From the human T2T-CHM13v2.0 reference genome, Homo sapiens: a stretch of DNA of 64,000 nt. Positions 42,401-56,851 of this stretch are shown here, one piece after another (the stretch's first letter is position 1; every line of letters begins with the position of its first letter). The notes beneath the pieces were generated by a model. The model did no database searches. It saw only the letters and a list, made by a program, of their open reading frames with translations, and was not told where the DNA came from. The DNA lies in assembly GCF_009914755.1 (NCBI RefSeq), contig NC_060938.1. One strand, written 5' to 3'. Both the position numbers and the translations under genes were made by a program.

Positions 42401-45400
42401 TTGTCTAGGATCTGCCTACAGGGGGTATTGTGAAATATCTCTGCACTGATCAACTAGGGGATGTAACTCTTGTCTAGGCTCTGCCTACAGGGGCTTTTTC
42501 ACATATCCCTGAACTGATGACAAAGGTGATGTAATTCTTGCCTAGGCTTTGCCTACAGGGGACATTGTGACATATCTCTGCACTGATCACCCAGGTGATG
42601 CAACTTTTCTCTATGCTCTGCCTACAGGGGGCATTGTGACATACCTCTGCACTGATCACCCAGGTGATGTAACTCTTTTCTAGGCTCCGCCTACAGAGGG
42701 TGTGGCGGCATCACTCTGCAAGGCATCAACCCGGTTATGTAACACTTGTCTAGGCTCTGCCTATGGAGGCATTCTGACTTATCTCTGCACTAATTACCCA
42801 GGAGATGTGTCTCTTCTCTAAGCTCTGCCTAGAGGGACATTGGGACATATCTCTGCACGGATCGCTGAGATGATGTAAAACTTGTCTAGGCTTTGCCTTC
42901 AATGAGATTTATGACATATCTCTGCACTGATCACCCAGGTGATGTAACTCTTGTCTAGGCTCTGCCTACAGGGGTTATTGTGAGATATCTCTGCTCTGAT
43001 CACCCAGGTGATGTAACTCTTGTCGATCCTCTGCCTACAGGGGCATTTTGACATATCACTGCACTGATCACCAAGATTATGTAATTCTTCTATAGGCTTC
43101 GCCGACAGGGGGCATTGAGACATATCTCTGCACTGATCAGCGAGGTGATGCAACTCTTCTCTGGGATCTGCTTACAGGGGGCATTGTGACATATCTCTGC
43201 CCTGATCACCCAGGTGATGTTACTCTTGTCTAGGCTCTGCCTACTGGAGACATTTTGACATATCTCAGCACTGATCACCCAGGTGATGTCACTTTTGTCA
43301 AGGATATGGCTACAGGGACAATGTGACATGTCACTGCACTGATCACACAGCTGATGTAACCATTGTCTAGGCTCTGGCTACAGGGGGCTTGTCACACATC
43401 TCTGCAATGATCACCCAGGTGATGTAACCCTTGTCTAGGCTCGGCCTACAGGGGCTTTGTGACACATTTCTGTACTGATCACCCAGGTGATGTAACTATT
43501 TTCTAGGCTCCGCCTACAGGGGGGTATTGTGACGTATCTCTGCATTGATCACCCAGGTGATGTAACTCTTGCCAAGGCTTTGCCTACAGGGACATTTTGA
43601 CATATCTCTGCACTGCTAACCCATGTGATGCAACTCTTGTCTATGCTCTGCCTACAGGGGGCATTGTGAAATATCTCTGCACTAATCACCCTGGTGATGT
43701 AACTCTTTCCTAGTCTCTGCCTACAGAGGGCGTTGTGACATCACTCTGCATGGATCAACCGTGTTACATAACTCTTGTCTAGGCTCTGCCTATGGGGGCA
43801 TTGTGACTTATCTCTGCACTGATCACTCAGGAGATGTGACTCTTGCCTAAACTCTGCCTGGAGGGACATTGTGAGATATCTCTGCACTGATCTTCCAGGT
43901 GCTGTAACATTAGTCTAGGCTCTGGCTACACGGCATCGTGACATATCACTGCACTGATCACCCAGGTGATATAACCTTTGTGTAGGCTTTGCCTACAGGG
44001 AGCTTGTGACATATCTCTGCACTGATCACCCAAGTGGCATAACTCTTCTCTAGGATCGGCCTACATGGTGCTTTGTCACATATCCCTGCAATGTTCACCC
44101 AGGTGATATACCACTTGTCAGGGCTCTGCCTACAGGGACATTACGATGTATCTCGGCACTGATCAACTAGGTCACGTAACTATTTTCTAGGCTCTGACTA
44201 CAGTGGCATTGTGACATATCTCAGCACTGATCATCCTAGTGATGTACCTCTTGTCTAGGATCTGCCTAAAGGGACTTTGTGACATAACTCTGCACTTATC
44301 ATCCAGGTGATGGGGTTTTTGTCTAGGCTCTGCCTAATGGGGCATTGTGACTCATTTCTGCAATGATCACCCAGGTGACGGACTCTTGTCTTGGATCTGC
44401 CTATGGGGGCATTGTGACATATCTCTACACTGATCACCCAGCTCATGTAACAGTTGTATAAGCTCTGCCTACAGGGGAATTGTGAGAGATCTCGCCACTG
44501 ATCACCCAAGGGTTGTAACAATTGTCTAGTCTTTGTCTACAGGGGGCTTTGTGACATACCTTTGCACTGATCACCCAGGTGATGTAACTCATCTAAGTTC
44601 TGCCTACAGGAGCTTTGTGACATATCTCTGCACTGATCACTTATGTGATGTAACACTTTTGTAAGCACTGCCTACAGGGAATTTTGACAACTCTTTGCAC
44701 TGAACACCTAGGTGATGTAACTCTTGTATACCCTCTGCCCAAAGGGGGTATTGTGAAATATCTCTGCACTGATCACCCAGGTGATTCAACTCTTGTCTAG
44801 GATCTGCCTACAGGGGGTATTGTGAAATATCTCTGCACTGATCAACTAGTTGATGTAACTCTTGTCTAGGCTCTGCCTACAGGGGCATTTTCACATATCC
44901 CTGAACTGAAGAAAAAGGTGATGTAACCCTTGCCAAGGCTTTGCCTACAGGGACATTTTGACATATGTCTGCACTGCTAACCCATGTGATGCAACTCTTG
45001 TCTATGCTCTGCCTACAGGGGGCATTGTGAAATATCTCTGCACTAATCACCCAGGTGATGTAACTCTTTCCTAGTCTCTGCCTACAGAGGGCTTTGTGAC
45101 ATCACTCTGCATGGATCACCCGTGTTACATAACTCTTGCCTAGGCTCTGCCTATGGGGTCATTGTGACAGATCTCTCCACTGCTCACCCAGGTGATGTAA
45201 CATTTGTCCGTTCTTTGTCTACAAGGGGCTTTGGGATATTCATTTCCACTGATCAAACAGGTAATGTAACACTTGTCAGGGTTCTGCTTACAGGAGCTTT
45301 GTGACATATCTCTGCACTGATCACCCCAGGGAGGAAACAGTTGTCTACACTCTGCCTACAGGAGTCTTTACGACTTATCCCTGCACTGATCTCTAGGAGA

Positions 45401-45698
45401 TTTAATACTTGTCTAGGCTCTGTCTACACGGGAATTTTCACAGATCTCTACACTGATCACCTAAGTGATGTTATGCTTGTCTAGGTTCAGCCTACTGGGG
45501 ATTTCTGACATATCTATGCACTGATCACCGAGGTGATGTAAATCACTTCCAGGCTTTTTGTACAGGGGCCATTGTGGTATATCTCTGCACTGATCACCCA
45601 AATGATGCAAATCTTCTCTAGGCTCTGCAGGGAGGGCACATTGTGACTTATTTTTGAACCTATCATCCAGGAGATGTAACTATTCTCCAGGCTTTGAC
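33457..45698 (-). repeat. Beta-satellite array, reverse orientation (~12.2 kb, with internal block duplications)
   Basis: Tandem 68/69-bp monomers. Confidence 0.97.
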
Positions 45699-46788
45699 TA
45701 AAGTGCGTCGGAAAGTGTTGGGAGAGCCTCAGCCAGAATTTCACGGATGGACAAGGGCACAGAGAGGCCAGCCGGCTCCCTTGCACGTCAGCAGGGGGAA
45801 CAATGAGCGCAGGTCTAGCCAGGAGGCCGGCAAAGAGAGCTAGAGGTCAGCGTTCCACCGCCAGTCGCTTCACGGTGGCAGTTGGGATGCTGCAGGGGCA
45901 CGGGCGGGCCAGCGATGGTGGCGTGGAGGCACAGCGGTGTCGAGCCCCCGGAGGGGTGTCAGGCCTGGATGCTGCGTGGGCCCGGTGTTTCGCGGGATGG
46001 GGGTCTCCTCCCAGCCCAGGAAGGATGCAATTTTCGGGGTTGGGGGGTGGGGGTGGGAAGGGGGTGGTCAGGCGTGGGTGGGGTCATGGAAAGGCATGAG
46101 AGCTCTGTCCGGGCTGCTCCCACAGCCCAGGTGGCTGCCCACAAATCCTCACGTGCGCAGTAGGCGGCCACCTGCTGGTACCTGGGCCGGCTCTGTGATC
46201 CTCGGGTTGCCCAGGAAAGAATGGCAGTTCTCTGCTGGGTGGAGTCCCTCACCGGGCCTAGACCTAGAAGGCAGGCATCCCAGGACGGTCAGCCCGTTGA
46301 AGGGGGCGGGGGAAGACATGCCCTTTTATGGCCAGCCATGTGTTCCCCGTGAAAGAGAGGCCACAGCCCTGCCCCTACCCGAACCCTTCCCAACGCTGCA
46401 TCCTAAATCTCCTCTAGCAGAGCCCGGTATTCTTCCTCGCTGAGGGGTGCTTCCAGCGAGGCAGCCTCTTCCAAGGCGTCCAGCTCCACTGGGAACTCCG
46501 TTTCTAGGAAAGGTTGTGCCTGCTGCAGAAATTCTGGGCTCGCCAGGAGCTCATCCATCAGCAGGCCAGAGGGGAATTCAGACGAGCGCCCTGGCTCCTG
46601 GAGTGCCTGGGAGGGTGCCGGGATACCTTGCATCTGCCCCAGCCGCGCGGAGGTCTCCGGGGGCGTGGGCTGGTGAGGTGGAGCTGCCGGGCTTGGGGTT
46701 CCGACACCGCCTCAGCGACCTGGGGACCCCGGACCCAGCCCCACCGCGGACTCCCTTGGTACGTGGGTGGTGCAAGCACACCTAGGCC

Positions 46789-47738
<950 letters not shown>

Positions 47739-47804
47739 TTAGCCGGCTTGTGCACTGCGGCAGGCGCAGCCAGGAGGCCTGCCCGGACAGCCAGCCAGCA
47801 GCTA

Positions 47805-47857
47805 TTATAAAGGCTCTCAGGCAGACAGGCTCCACCCCTTCATAAATGGCGGTGAGC
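47805..47857 (-). promoter_or_regulatory. DUX-type promoter of cassette D (TATAA plus intact GGGGTGG box)
   Basis: ttataa 47805-47810; acaggctccaccccttcataaatggcgg. Confidence 0.7.
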
Positions 47858-48463
47858 CCAGGGACAGCCCGCCCCTCTCCAGAAGGGTCCCATGGCGTGG
47901 AGGCCTACGGCCATGGGATGGTGGTGTGGGGGTGGAGGGCGTGGAGATGGTGGTGGTGGGGCCGGAGAGTCGAAGAGGAAGGGGGCGAGAGGGAATGGGT
48001 GAGGGTGGTGCATTTCGGGGGCTGGCTCTCCGGACCTCTCCAGGAATCCCGCGGGAACTGGAAGCCACTCTCTGGGCTCCCACGCGTCTTCAGCAGGGAG
48101 AAACTGGCCTGTGAGGGTGGAGGGGAGTGTGGAACTGAACCTACGTGGGAGTCTTGAGTGTTCCAGGCCCTCTCTCCGTGAAGGACGCAGTGCCTGTGGG
48201 TGTTGCCATGGCTGGGACAGTATCACACATGGAGGCGTGTGGCTCTCGTTCATTTCCACGTAGGAGACCAGAGCGAGACCCCAGAGAGAAGATGCCTCCC
48301 AGGGGTGATGGATTGACGATGGATTCCCGTGTGCTTCAACATGGGGAGTCTGCAGAGTGGCCGGTTTGGAAACTGGCAAGGAGAGCAAAGGCACCATACC
48401 GGTCTTCCACCCTTCGCTGCATGTTTCCGGCTGCCTGAAGAGCTCCGGGAGAAAACAGTCAGC

Positions 48464-51400
48464 ATGACACATCTCTGAACTGATCAACAAAGTGATTTAA
48501 CACTTGTCTAGGCTCTGCCTACAGGGGCTTTGTGACATATCTCTGCACTGATTACCCAGGTGATAGGACTTTTGTCTAGGCTCTGCCTATGGGGCATTGT
48601 GACATATCTCTACATTGAACCCCCAGGTGATGTAACTCTTTTGTTGGATCTGCCTCTGGGGGCATTGTGACATATTTCTGCACTGATCACCCAGGTGATG
48701 GGACTCATATTTAGGCTCTGTGTATGGGGGATTTGTGACATATTTCTGAACTGATCACGCAGGTGATGGGACTCATATCTAGGCTCTGTGTTTGAGGGCT
48801 TTGTGACATATCTCTGCAGTGAACACCCAGGTGATGAAACGCTTGACCAGGCTCTGCCGACGGGGCATAGTGACATATAACTGCATTGATCACCGAGGTG
48901 GTGTAACTCTTGTCCAGGCTCTGCCTATAGGGGGTCTTATGACATATCTCTGCACTGATCATCTAGGTGATTTAACTCTTGATTACCCTCTGCCTGCAGG
49001 GGCATTGTGAAATATCTCTGCACTGATCACCCAGGTGATGGGACTCTTCTCTAGGCTCTGCCTACTGGGGGCATTGTCACATATTTCTGCACTGATCACC
49101 CAGGTGACAGACTCTTGTCTTGGATTTGCCAATGGGGGCATTGTGACATATCTCTGCACTGATCACCCAGGTGATTCAACTCTTGTCTAGGATCTGCCTA
49201 CAGGGGGTATTGTGAAATATCTCTGCACTGATCAGCTAGGAGATGTAACTCTTGTCTAGGCTCGCCCTATAGGGGTATTTTCACATATCCCTGAACTGAT
49301 GACTAAGGTGATGTAACTCTTGTCTAGGCTTTGCCTACAGGGGACATTGTGACATATCTCTGCACTGATCACCCAGGTGATGCAACTCTTCTCTATGCTC
49401 TGCCTACAGGGGACATTGTGACATATCTCTGCACTAATCACCCAGGTCATGCAACTCTTCTCTATACTCTGCCTACCGGGGGCATTGTGACATATCTCTG
49501 CACTGATCACCCAGGTGATTGGACTCTTCTCAAGGCTCTGCCTACTGGGGGCATTGGCACATATTTCTGCACTGATCACCCAGGTAAAGTTACTCTGGTC
49601 TGAGCTCTGCCTAAAGGGGCATTGTGACAGATCTCTGCACTGATCACTCAGGTGATGTAACTATTGTCCAGGTACTGCTGAAAGGGGCCTTCTCACATAT
49701 CTCTGCACTCATCACCCAGGTGATGTAACTCTTGTCTAGGCTCTGCTTACGGGGGGTATTGTGACATATTCTACACTGATCACCTAAGTGATGCAACACT
49801 TGTGTAGGCTCTGCTACAGGGGCATTTTGACATATCTCTGCACTGTTAACCGAGGTGATGTAACTCTTGTCTAGGCTGTGCCCACAGGGGGATTGAGACA
49901 TATCTCTGCACTGATCCCGAGGTGATCCAAATCTTGCCTGGTCTCTGCCTAAAGGGGACATTGTGACATATCTCTGCAATGATCTCCCAGGTGCTGTAAC
50001 TTTTGTCTAGGTTCTGTCTACACGGCATTGTGACTTATCACTGTACTGATCACCCCGGTGACCTAACTCTTGTCTAGGCTCTGCCTACAGGGGGCTTGTG
50101 ACATATCTCTGTACTGATCACCCAGGTGATATAACTCTACACTAGGATCGGCCTACAGGGTGCATTGTGACATATCCCTGCAATGATCACCCAGGTGATA
50201 TACCACATGTCAAGGCTCTGCCTCAAGGGGCATTGCGATGTATCTCTGCACTGATCACCTAGATCATGTAACTCTTGTCTAGGCTCTGCCTACAGGGACA
50301 TTTTAACATATCGCTGCACTGATAACTGAGATGATGTAACTCTTGTATAGGTTTCGCCGACAGGGGGCATTGAGACATATCTCTGCACTGATCACCGAGG
50401 TGATGCAACTCCTGTCTGGGATCTGCTTACAGGGGGCTTTGTGACATATATCTGCCCTGATCACCCAGGTGATGTAACTCTTCTCTAGGCTCTGCCTACT
50501 GGAGACATTGTGACATATGTCCGCAGTGATCATCCAGGTGATGTCACTTTGTAAAGGATATGGCTACAGGGACATTGTGACATGTCATTGCACTGATCAC
50601 ACAGCTGATGTAACTCTTGTCTAGGCTCTGACTACATGGAGCTCATGACACATCTCTGCACTGATCACCCAGGAGATGTAACACTTTTCTAGGCTCTGCC
50701 AAAAAGGGGCATTGTGACATAACTCTGCACTGATCACCCAGTTGATGGGACTCTTGTCTAGGCTCTGCCTACAGGGGCATTGTGACATATCTCTGCAGTG
50801 ATCACGCAGGTGATGTAACTCTTTTCTATATCTGCCTACAGGTGGCATTGTGGCATATTTCTGCACTGATCACCCATGTGATGGACTCTTGTCTTGGATC
50901 TGCCTATGGGGGCATAGTGACATATCTCTGCACTGATCACTCATGTGATGTAACGCTTGTCTAAACTGTGCCTAAAGGGGAATTGTGACAGATATCTCCA
51001 CTGATCACCCAGTTGATGTAACAATTTTCTGGGATTTGTCTACGGGGGGCTTTGTGACATATCTTAGCTCTGATCACCCAGGAGATGTAACCCTTGTCTA
51101 GGCTCGGCCTACAGGGGTTTGTGACATATTTATGAACTGATCACTTAGGAGATGTAACTGTTGTTTAGACTCTGCCTACAGGGGCTTTGTGACATATTTC
51201 TGCACTGATCACCCAGGTGATGGAAGTCTTGTCTAGGCTTTTTCTATGGGGACATTGTGTCAAATATCTGCACTGATCACCCAGGTGATGTAACTCTTTT
51301 CTAGGCTCTGTCTCCAGGGATTTTTGTGACTTATCACTGCACTGATCACCTAGGTGATGTAAGTCTTGTATGGGCTTTGCCTACAGAAGGCTTTGTGACA

Positions 51401-52406
51401 TATCTATGCACTGATCTCTGAGGTGATGCAATTCTTGTCTAGGCACTGCCTACAGTGGACATTGGTATATGTCTCTGCACTGATCACCCAGGTGATGGAC
51501 CCTTGTCTTAGGTCTGCCTACATGGACATTGTGACACATCTCTGAACTGATCAACCCAGTGATGAAACTCTTGTCTAGGCGCTGCCTACAGGGGCTTTGT
51601 GACATATCTCTGCACTAATCACCCTGAGGAGGGAACTCTTGTCTACGCTCTGCCTACAGGAGGCTTTATGACTTTTACCTGCCCTGATAACCTAGATGAT
51701 GTAACACTTGTCTAGGCTCTGCCTACACGGGAATTTTCACATATCTCTGCATTGATCACCCGGGTGATGTAACTCATTTCTATGTTCAGCCTACAGGAGC
51801 GTATTGACATATCTCTGCACTGATCACCCAGGTGAGGTAACCCTTTTCTAAGCTCTGCCTACAGGGGCATAGTGACAGATCTCTCCACTGCTCACTCAGG
51901 TGATGTAAGAGTTGTCTGGGCTTTGCCTACAGGGGGCTTTGCGATATACATTTCCACTGATCAAACAAGTGATGTAACCCTTGTCAAGGTTCTGCTTACA
52001 GGGGCTTTGTGACATATCTCTGCACTGATCACCCCAGGGAGGAAACACTTGTCTACACTCTGATTAAAGGAGGCTTTACGACTTATACCTGCACTGATCA
52101 CTAGGTGATGTAACACTTGTCTAGGCTCTGTCTACATGGGAATTTTCACATATCTCTACACTGATCACCTAAGTGATGTAACCCTTGTCTATGTTCAGCC
52201 TACTGGGGATTTCTGACATACCTATTCACTGATCACCGAGGTGATGTAAATCATTTCCAGGCTTTTTGTACAGGGGACATTGTGATATAACTCTGCACTG
52301 ATCACTCAAAAGATGCACGTCCTCTCTAGGCTCTGCAGGGAGGGGGCATTGCGACATATTTCTGAACTGATAATCTAGGAGGTGTAACTATTCTCCAGGC
52401 TTTGAC
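48464..52406 (-). repeat. Beta-satellite array, reverse orientation
   Basis: Tandem 68/69-bp monomers. Confidence 0.97.
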
Positions 52407-52741
52407 TAAAGTGTGTCGGAATGTGTTGGGAGAGCCTCAGTCGGAATTTCACGGACAAACAAGGGCAAAGAGAGACCAGTGGGCTCCCTTGCACGTCAGC
52501 CGGGGTGTGCAATGGGCGCAGGTCTAGCCAGGAGTCCAGCAAAGAGAGCTAGATGTCTGCGTTCCGCCGCAAGGCGCTACATGGTGGCAGGTGGTAGGCT
52601 GCAGGGGCACGTGCGTGCCGGCGACGGTGGAGCAGAGGAGGCCTCTTCCAAGGCCTCCAGCTCCCCCAGGGCCTCCGTTTCTAGGAAAGGTTGCGCCGGC
52701 TGCAGAAACTTTGGGCTCGCTGGGTGCTCATCAAGCAGCAG
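52407..52741 (-). pseudogene. DUX4L: DUX4-like stub E: pLAM-like end fused to ~100 bp of C-terminal coding sequence
   Basis: pLAM-like and D4Z4 sequence 52407-52642 joins directly to gcctcttccaaggcc ([34 protein letters not shown]), then returns to satellite at about 52742. Confidence 0.9.
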
Positions 52742-52764
52742 TGCATCCTGAAGTGATCGTGCAA

Positions 52765-55700
52765 TGCATCCTGCAGTGATCACGCAGGTCATGTAACTCT
52801 TGTCTATATCTGCCTACTGGCGGCACTGTGGCATATTTCTGCACTGATCACCCAGGTGATGGACTCTTGTCTTGGATCTGCCTATGGGAGCATAGTGACA
52901 TATATTTGCACTGATGATCACCCGGGTTATGTAACTCTTTTCTAGGCTGTGCTTATGGGGGCATTGTGACTTATCTCTGCACTGATCACCCAGGAGATGT
53001 GACTCTTGTCTAAGCTCTGCCTAGAGGGACATGGGGACATATCTCTGCACTGATCGCTGAGATGATGTATAACTTGTCTAGGCTTTGCCTACAGTTGCAT
53101 TTATGACATATCTCTGCAATGATCACCCTGGTGATGTAACTCTTGTCTAGGCTCTGCTTACAGTGGGTATTGTGAGATATGTCTGCACTGATCACCCAGG
53201 TGATGTAACTCTTGTGTAGGCTCTGCCTACAGGGCCATTTTAACATATCACTGCATTGATTGCTGAGGTGAAGTAACTCTAGTGTAGGCTTCGCCGACAG
53301 GGGACATTGTGACTTATCTGTGCACTGATAACCGAGGTGATGCAACTCTTGTCTGGGACCTGCTTAGAGGGGGCATTGTGACATATCTCTGCCCTGATCA
53401 GCCAGGTGATGTAACCCTTGTCTAGGCTCTGCCAACTGGACATATTGTGACATACCTCCCCACTGATCACCCAGGTAATGTCACTTTTGTCAAGGATATG
53501 GCTACAGGGACATTGAGACATGACACTGCACTGATCACACAGTTGATGTAACTCTTATCTAGGCTCTGGCGACAGGGGGCTTGTGACACATCTCTGCACT
53601 GATCACCCAGGTGATGTAACTCTTGTCATGGCTCTGCTTACAGGGGGTATTGTGAGATATGTCTGCACTGATTACCCAGGTGAAGGAAGTCTTGTCTAGG
53701 CTCTGCCTACAGGGGCATTTCAACATATCACTGCACTGATCACGGAGATGATGTAACTCTTGTATAGGCTTCGCTGACAGCGGACATTGAGGCATATGTC
53801 TGCACTGATCACCGAGGAGATGCAACTCTTGTCTGGGATCTGCTTATAGGGGGCATTGTGACATATCTCTGCCCTGATCACCCAGGTGATGTAACTCTTG
53901 TCTAGGCTCTGCCTACTGGAGACATTGTGACATATATCCACACTGTAAACCCAGGTGATGTCAGTTTTTTCAAGGATATGGCTACAGGGACATTGTGACA
54001 TGTCACTGCACTGATCACACAGCTGATGTAACCCTTGTCTAGGCTCTGGCTACAGGGGCCATGTGACACATCTCTGCACTGATCACCAAGGTGATGTTAC
54101 CCTTGTCTAGGCTCTACAAAAAGGGGACATTGTGACATATCTCTGCACTGATCACCCAGGTTATGGGACTCTTGTCCAGGCTCTGCCTACAGGGGCATTG
54201 TGACATATCTCTGCAGTGATCACGCAGGTGATGTAACTCTTTTCTATATCTGCCTACTGGCGGCATTGTGCCATATTTCTGCACTGATCGCCCAGGTGAT
54301 GGACTCTTGTCTTGTATCTGCCTGTGGGGGCATAGTGACATATCTCTACACTGATCACTCATGTGATGTAATACCTGTCTAAGCTACGCGTAAAGGGGAA
54401 TAGTGACAGATATCTCCACTGATCACCCAGGTGATGTAACAATTTTCTGGGATTTGCCTACAGGGGGCTTTGTGACATATCTTTGCACTGATCACCCAGG
54501 AGATGTAACTCTTGTCTAGGCTCGGCCTACAGGGGCTTTGTGACATATTTCTGCACTGATCACCCAGGTGATGTAACTCTTGTTTAGGCTCTGCCTACAG
54601 GGGCTTTGTGACCTATATCTGTACTGATCACTCGTGTGATGTAACTATTGTCTAGGCTCCACCTACAAGGGGTATTGTGAAGTATCTCTTCCCTGATCAC
54701 CCAGGTGATGTTACTCTTGTCTAGGCTTCACCTACAGGGTGTATTGTGACGTAACTCTACATAGATCTCCTAGGTTATGTAACTCTTGTCCACTCTCTGC
54801 CTACAGGGTCATTGTGAACAATCTCTGCACTGATCACCCAGGTGATGGGACTCTTTTCTAAACTCTGCCTGGAAGGGGATTTGTGACATATCTCTGCACT
54901 GATCACCCAGGTGATGGAAGTCTTGTCTAGGCTCTGTCTATGTTACATTGTGTCAAATATCTGCACTGATCACACAGGTGATTTAATTCTTTTCTAGGCT
55001 CTGTCTACAGAGATTTTTGTGACATATCATTGCACTGACCACCTGGGTGATGTAAGCCTAGTATGGGCTTTGCCTAAAGAAGGTTTTGTGACATATCTGT
55101 GCACTGATCTCTGAGGTGATGCAACTCTTGTATAGGCACTGCCTAGAGGGGATATTGGTACATATCTCTGCACTGAACACCCTGGTGATGGACTCTTGTC
55201 TTAGATCTGCCTACATGGACATTGTGACACATCTCTGAACTGATCAACCAAGTGATGAAACTCTTGTCTATGTTCTGCCTACAGGGGCTTTGTGACATAT
55301 CTCTGCACAGATCACCCAGGTGATGTAAGTCTTGTCTAGCCTACACCTACAGTGGATATTGTGACGTATCTCTGCACTGATCACCCAGGTGATGTAACAT
55401 TTATCTAGGCTCTGCCTACAGGGGCGTTTTGACATAACTCTGCACAGATCACCTAGGTTATTTAACTCCTGTCCACTCTCTGCCTACAGGGGGCATTGTG
55501 AAGTATCTCTGCACTGATCACCCAGGTGATGGGACTCTTCTCTATACTCTGCCTAGAGGGGGATTTGTGACATATCTGTGCACTGTTCACCCAGGCGATG
55601 TTAGTCTTGTCTAGGCTCTGTCTATGGGGACAATTTGTCAAATATCTGCACTGATCACCCAGGTGATGTAACTCTTGTCTAGGCTCTGTCTACAGGGATT

Positions 55701-56851
55701 TTTGTCACATATCACTGCACTGATCACCTAGGTGATATAAGACTGGTATGTGCTTTGTCTACAGAAGGCTTTGGACATATCTATGCACTGATCTCTGAGG
55801 GGAGGCAATTCTTGTCTAGGCACTGCCTACAAGGGACATTGGTACATATCTCTGCACTGATCACCCAGGTGATGGACTCTTGTCTTAGATCTGCCTACAT
55901 GGACATTGTGACACATCTCTGAATTGATCAACCAAGTGACGAAACTCTTGTCTAGGCTGTGCCTACAGGTTCTTGGTGACACATCTCTGAATTGATCAAC
56001 CAAGTGACGAAACTCTTGTCTAGGCTGTGCCTACAGGTTCTTTGTGACACATCTCTGCACTGATCATCCTGGGGAGGGAACTCTTGTCTACACTCTGCCT
56101 ACAGGAGGCTTTATGACTTATACCTGCCCTGATGACCTAGGTGATGTAACACTTGTCTGGGCTCTACCTACATGGGAATTCTCACATATCTCTGCACTGA
56201 TCCCCTATGTGATGTAACTCCTGTCTAGGTTCAGCCTACAGGAGTGTTTTTACATATCTCTGCACTGATCACCCAGGTGATGTAACCCTTGTCTAAGCTC
56301 TGACTACAGGGGCATTGTGACAGATCTCTCCACTGCTCACCCAGGTGATGGAACAATTGTCTGGGCTTTCTTTACACGGGGCTTTGTGATATACATTTCC
56401 ACTGATCAAACAGGTGATGTAACCCTTGTCAATGTTCTGCTTACAGGGGCTTTGTGACATATATCTGCACTGATCACTCCAGGGAGGAAACATTTGTCCA
56501 CACTCTGCCTACAGGAGGCTTTTCGACTTCTCCCTGCACTGATCACTAGGTGATGTAACATTTGCCTGGGCTCTGTCTACACGGGAATTTTCACATATCT
56601 CTACATTGATCACCTAAGTGATGTAACCCTTGTCTAGGTTCAGCCTACTGGGGATTTCTGACATACCTATGCACTGAGCACCGAGGTGATGTTAATCATT
56701 TCCAGGCTTTTTGTCCCGGGGACATTGTGATATATCTCTGCACTGATCACACAAATGATGCAAATCTTCTCTAGTCTATGCCGGGAGGGGTCATTTTGTC
56801 ATATTTCTGAACCGATCATCCAGGAGATGTAACTATTCTCCAGGCTTTGAC
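52765..56851 (-). repeat. Beta-satellite array, reverse orientation
   Basis: Tandem 68/69-bp monomers. Confidence 0.97.

Noticed and set aside
54982-54987. Second sense-strand ATTAAA in satellite downstream of cassette F
   Set aside because: It lies about 1.8 kb from the pLAM-like end. One such hexamer in this much satellite is unremarkable without transcript data.
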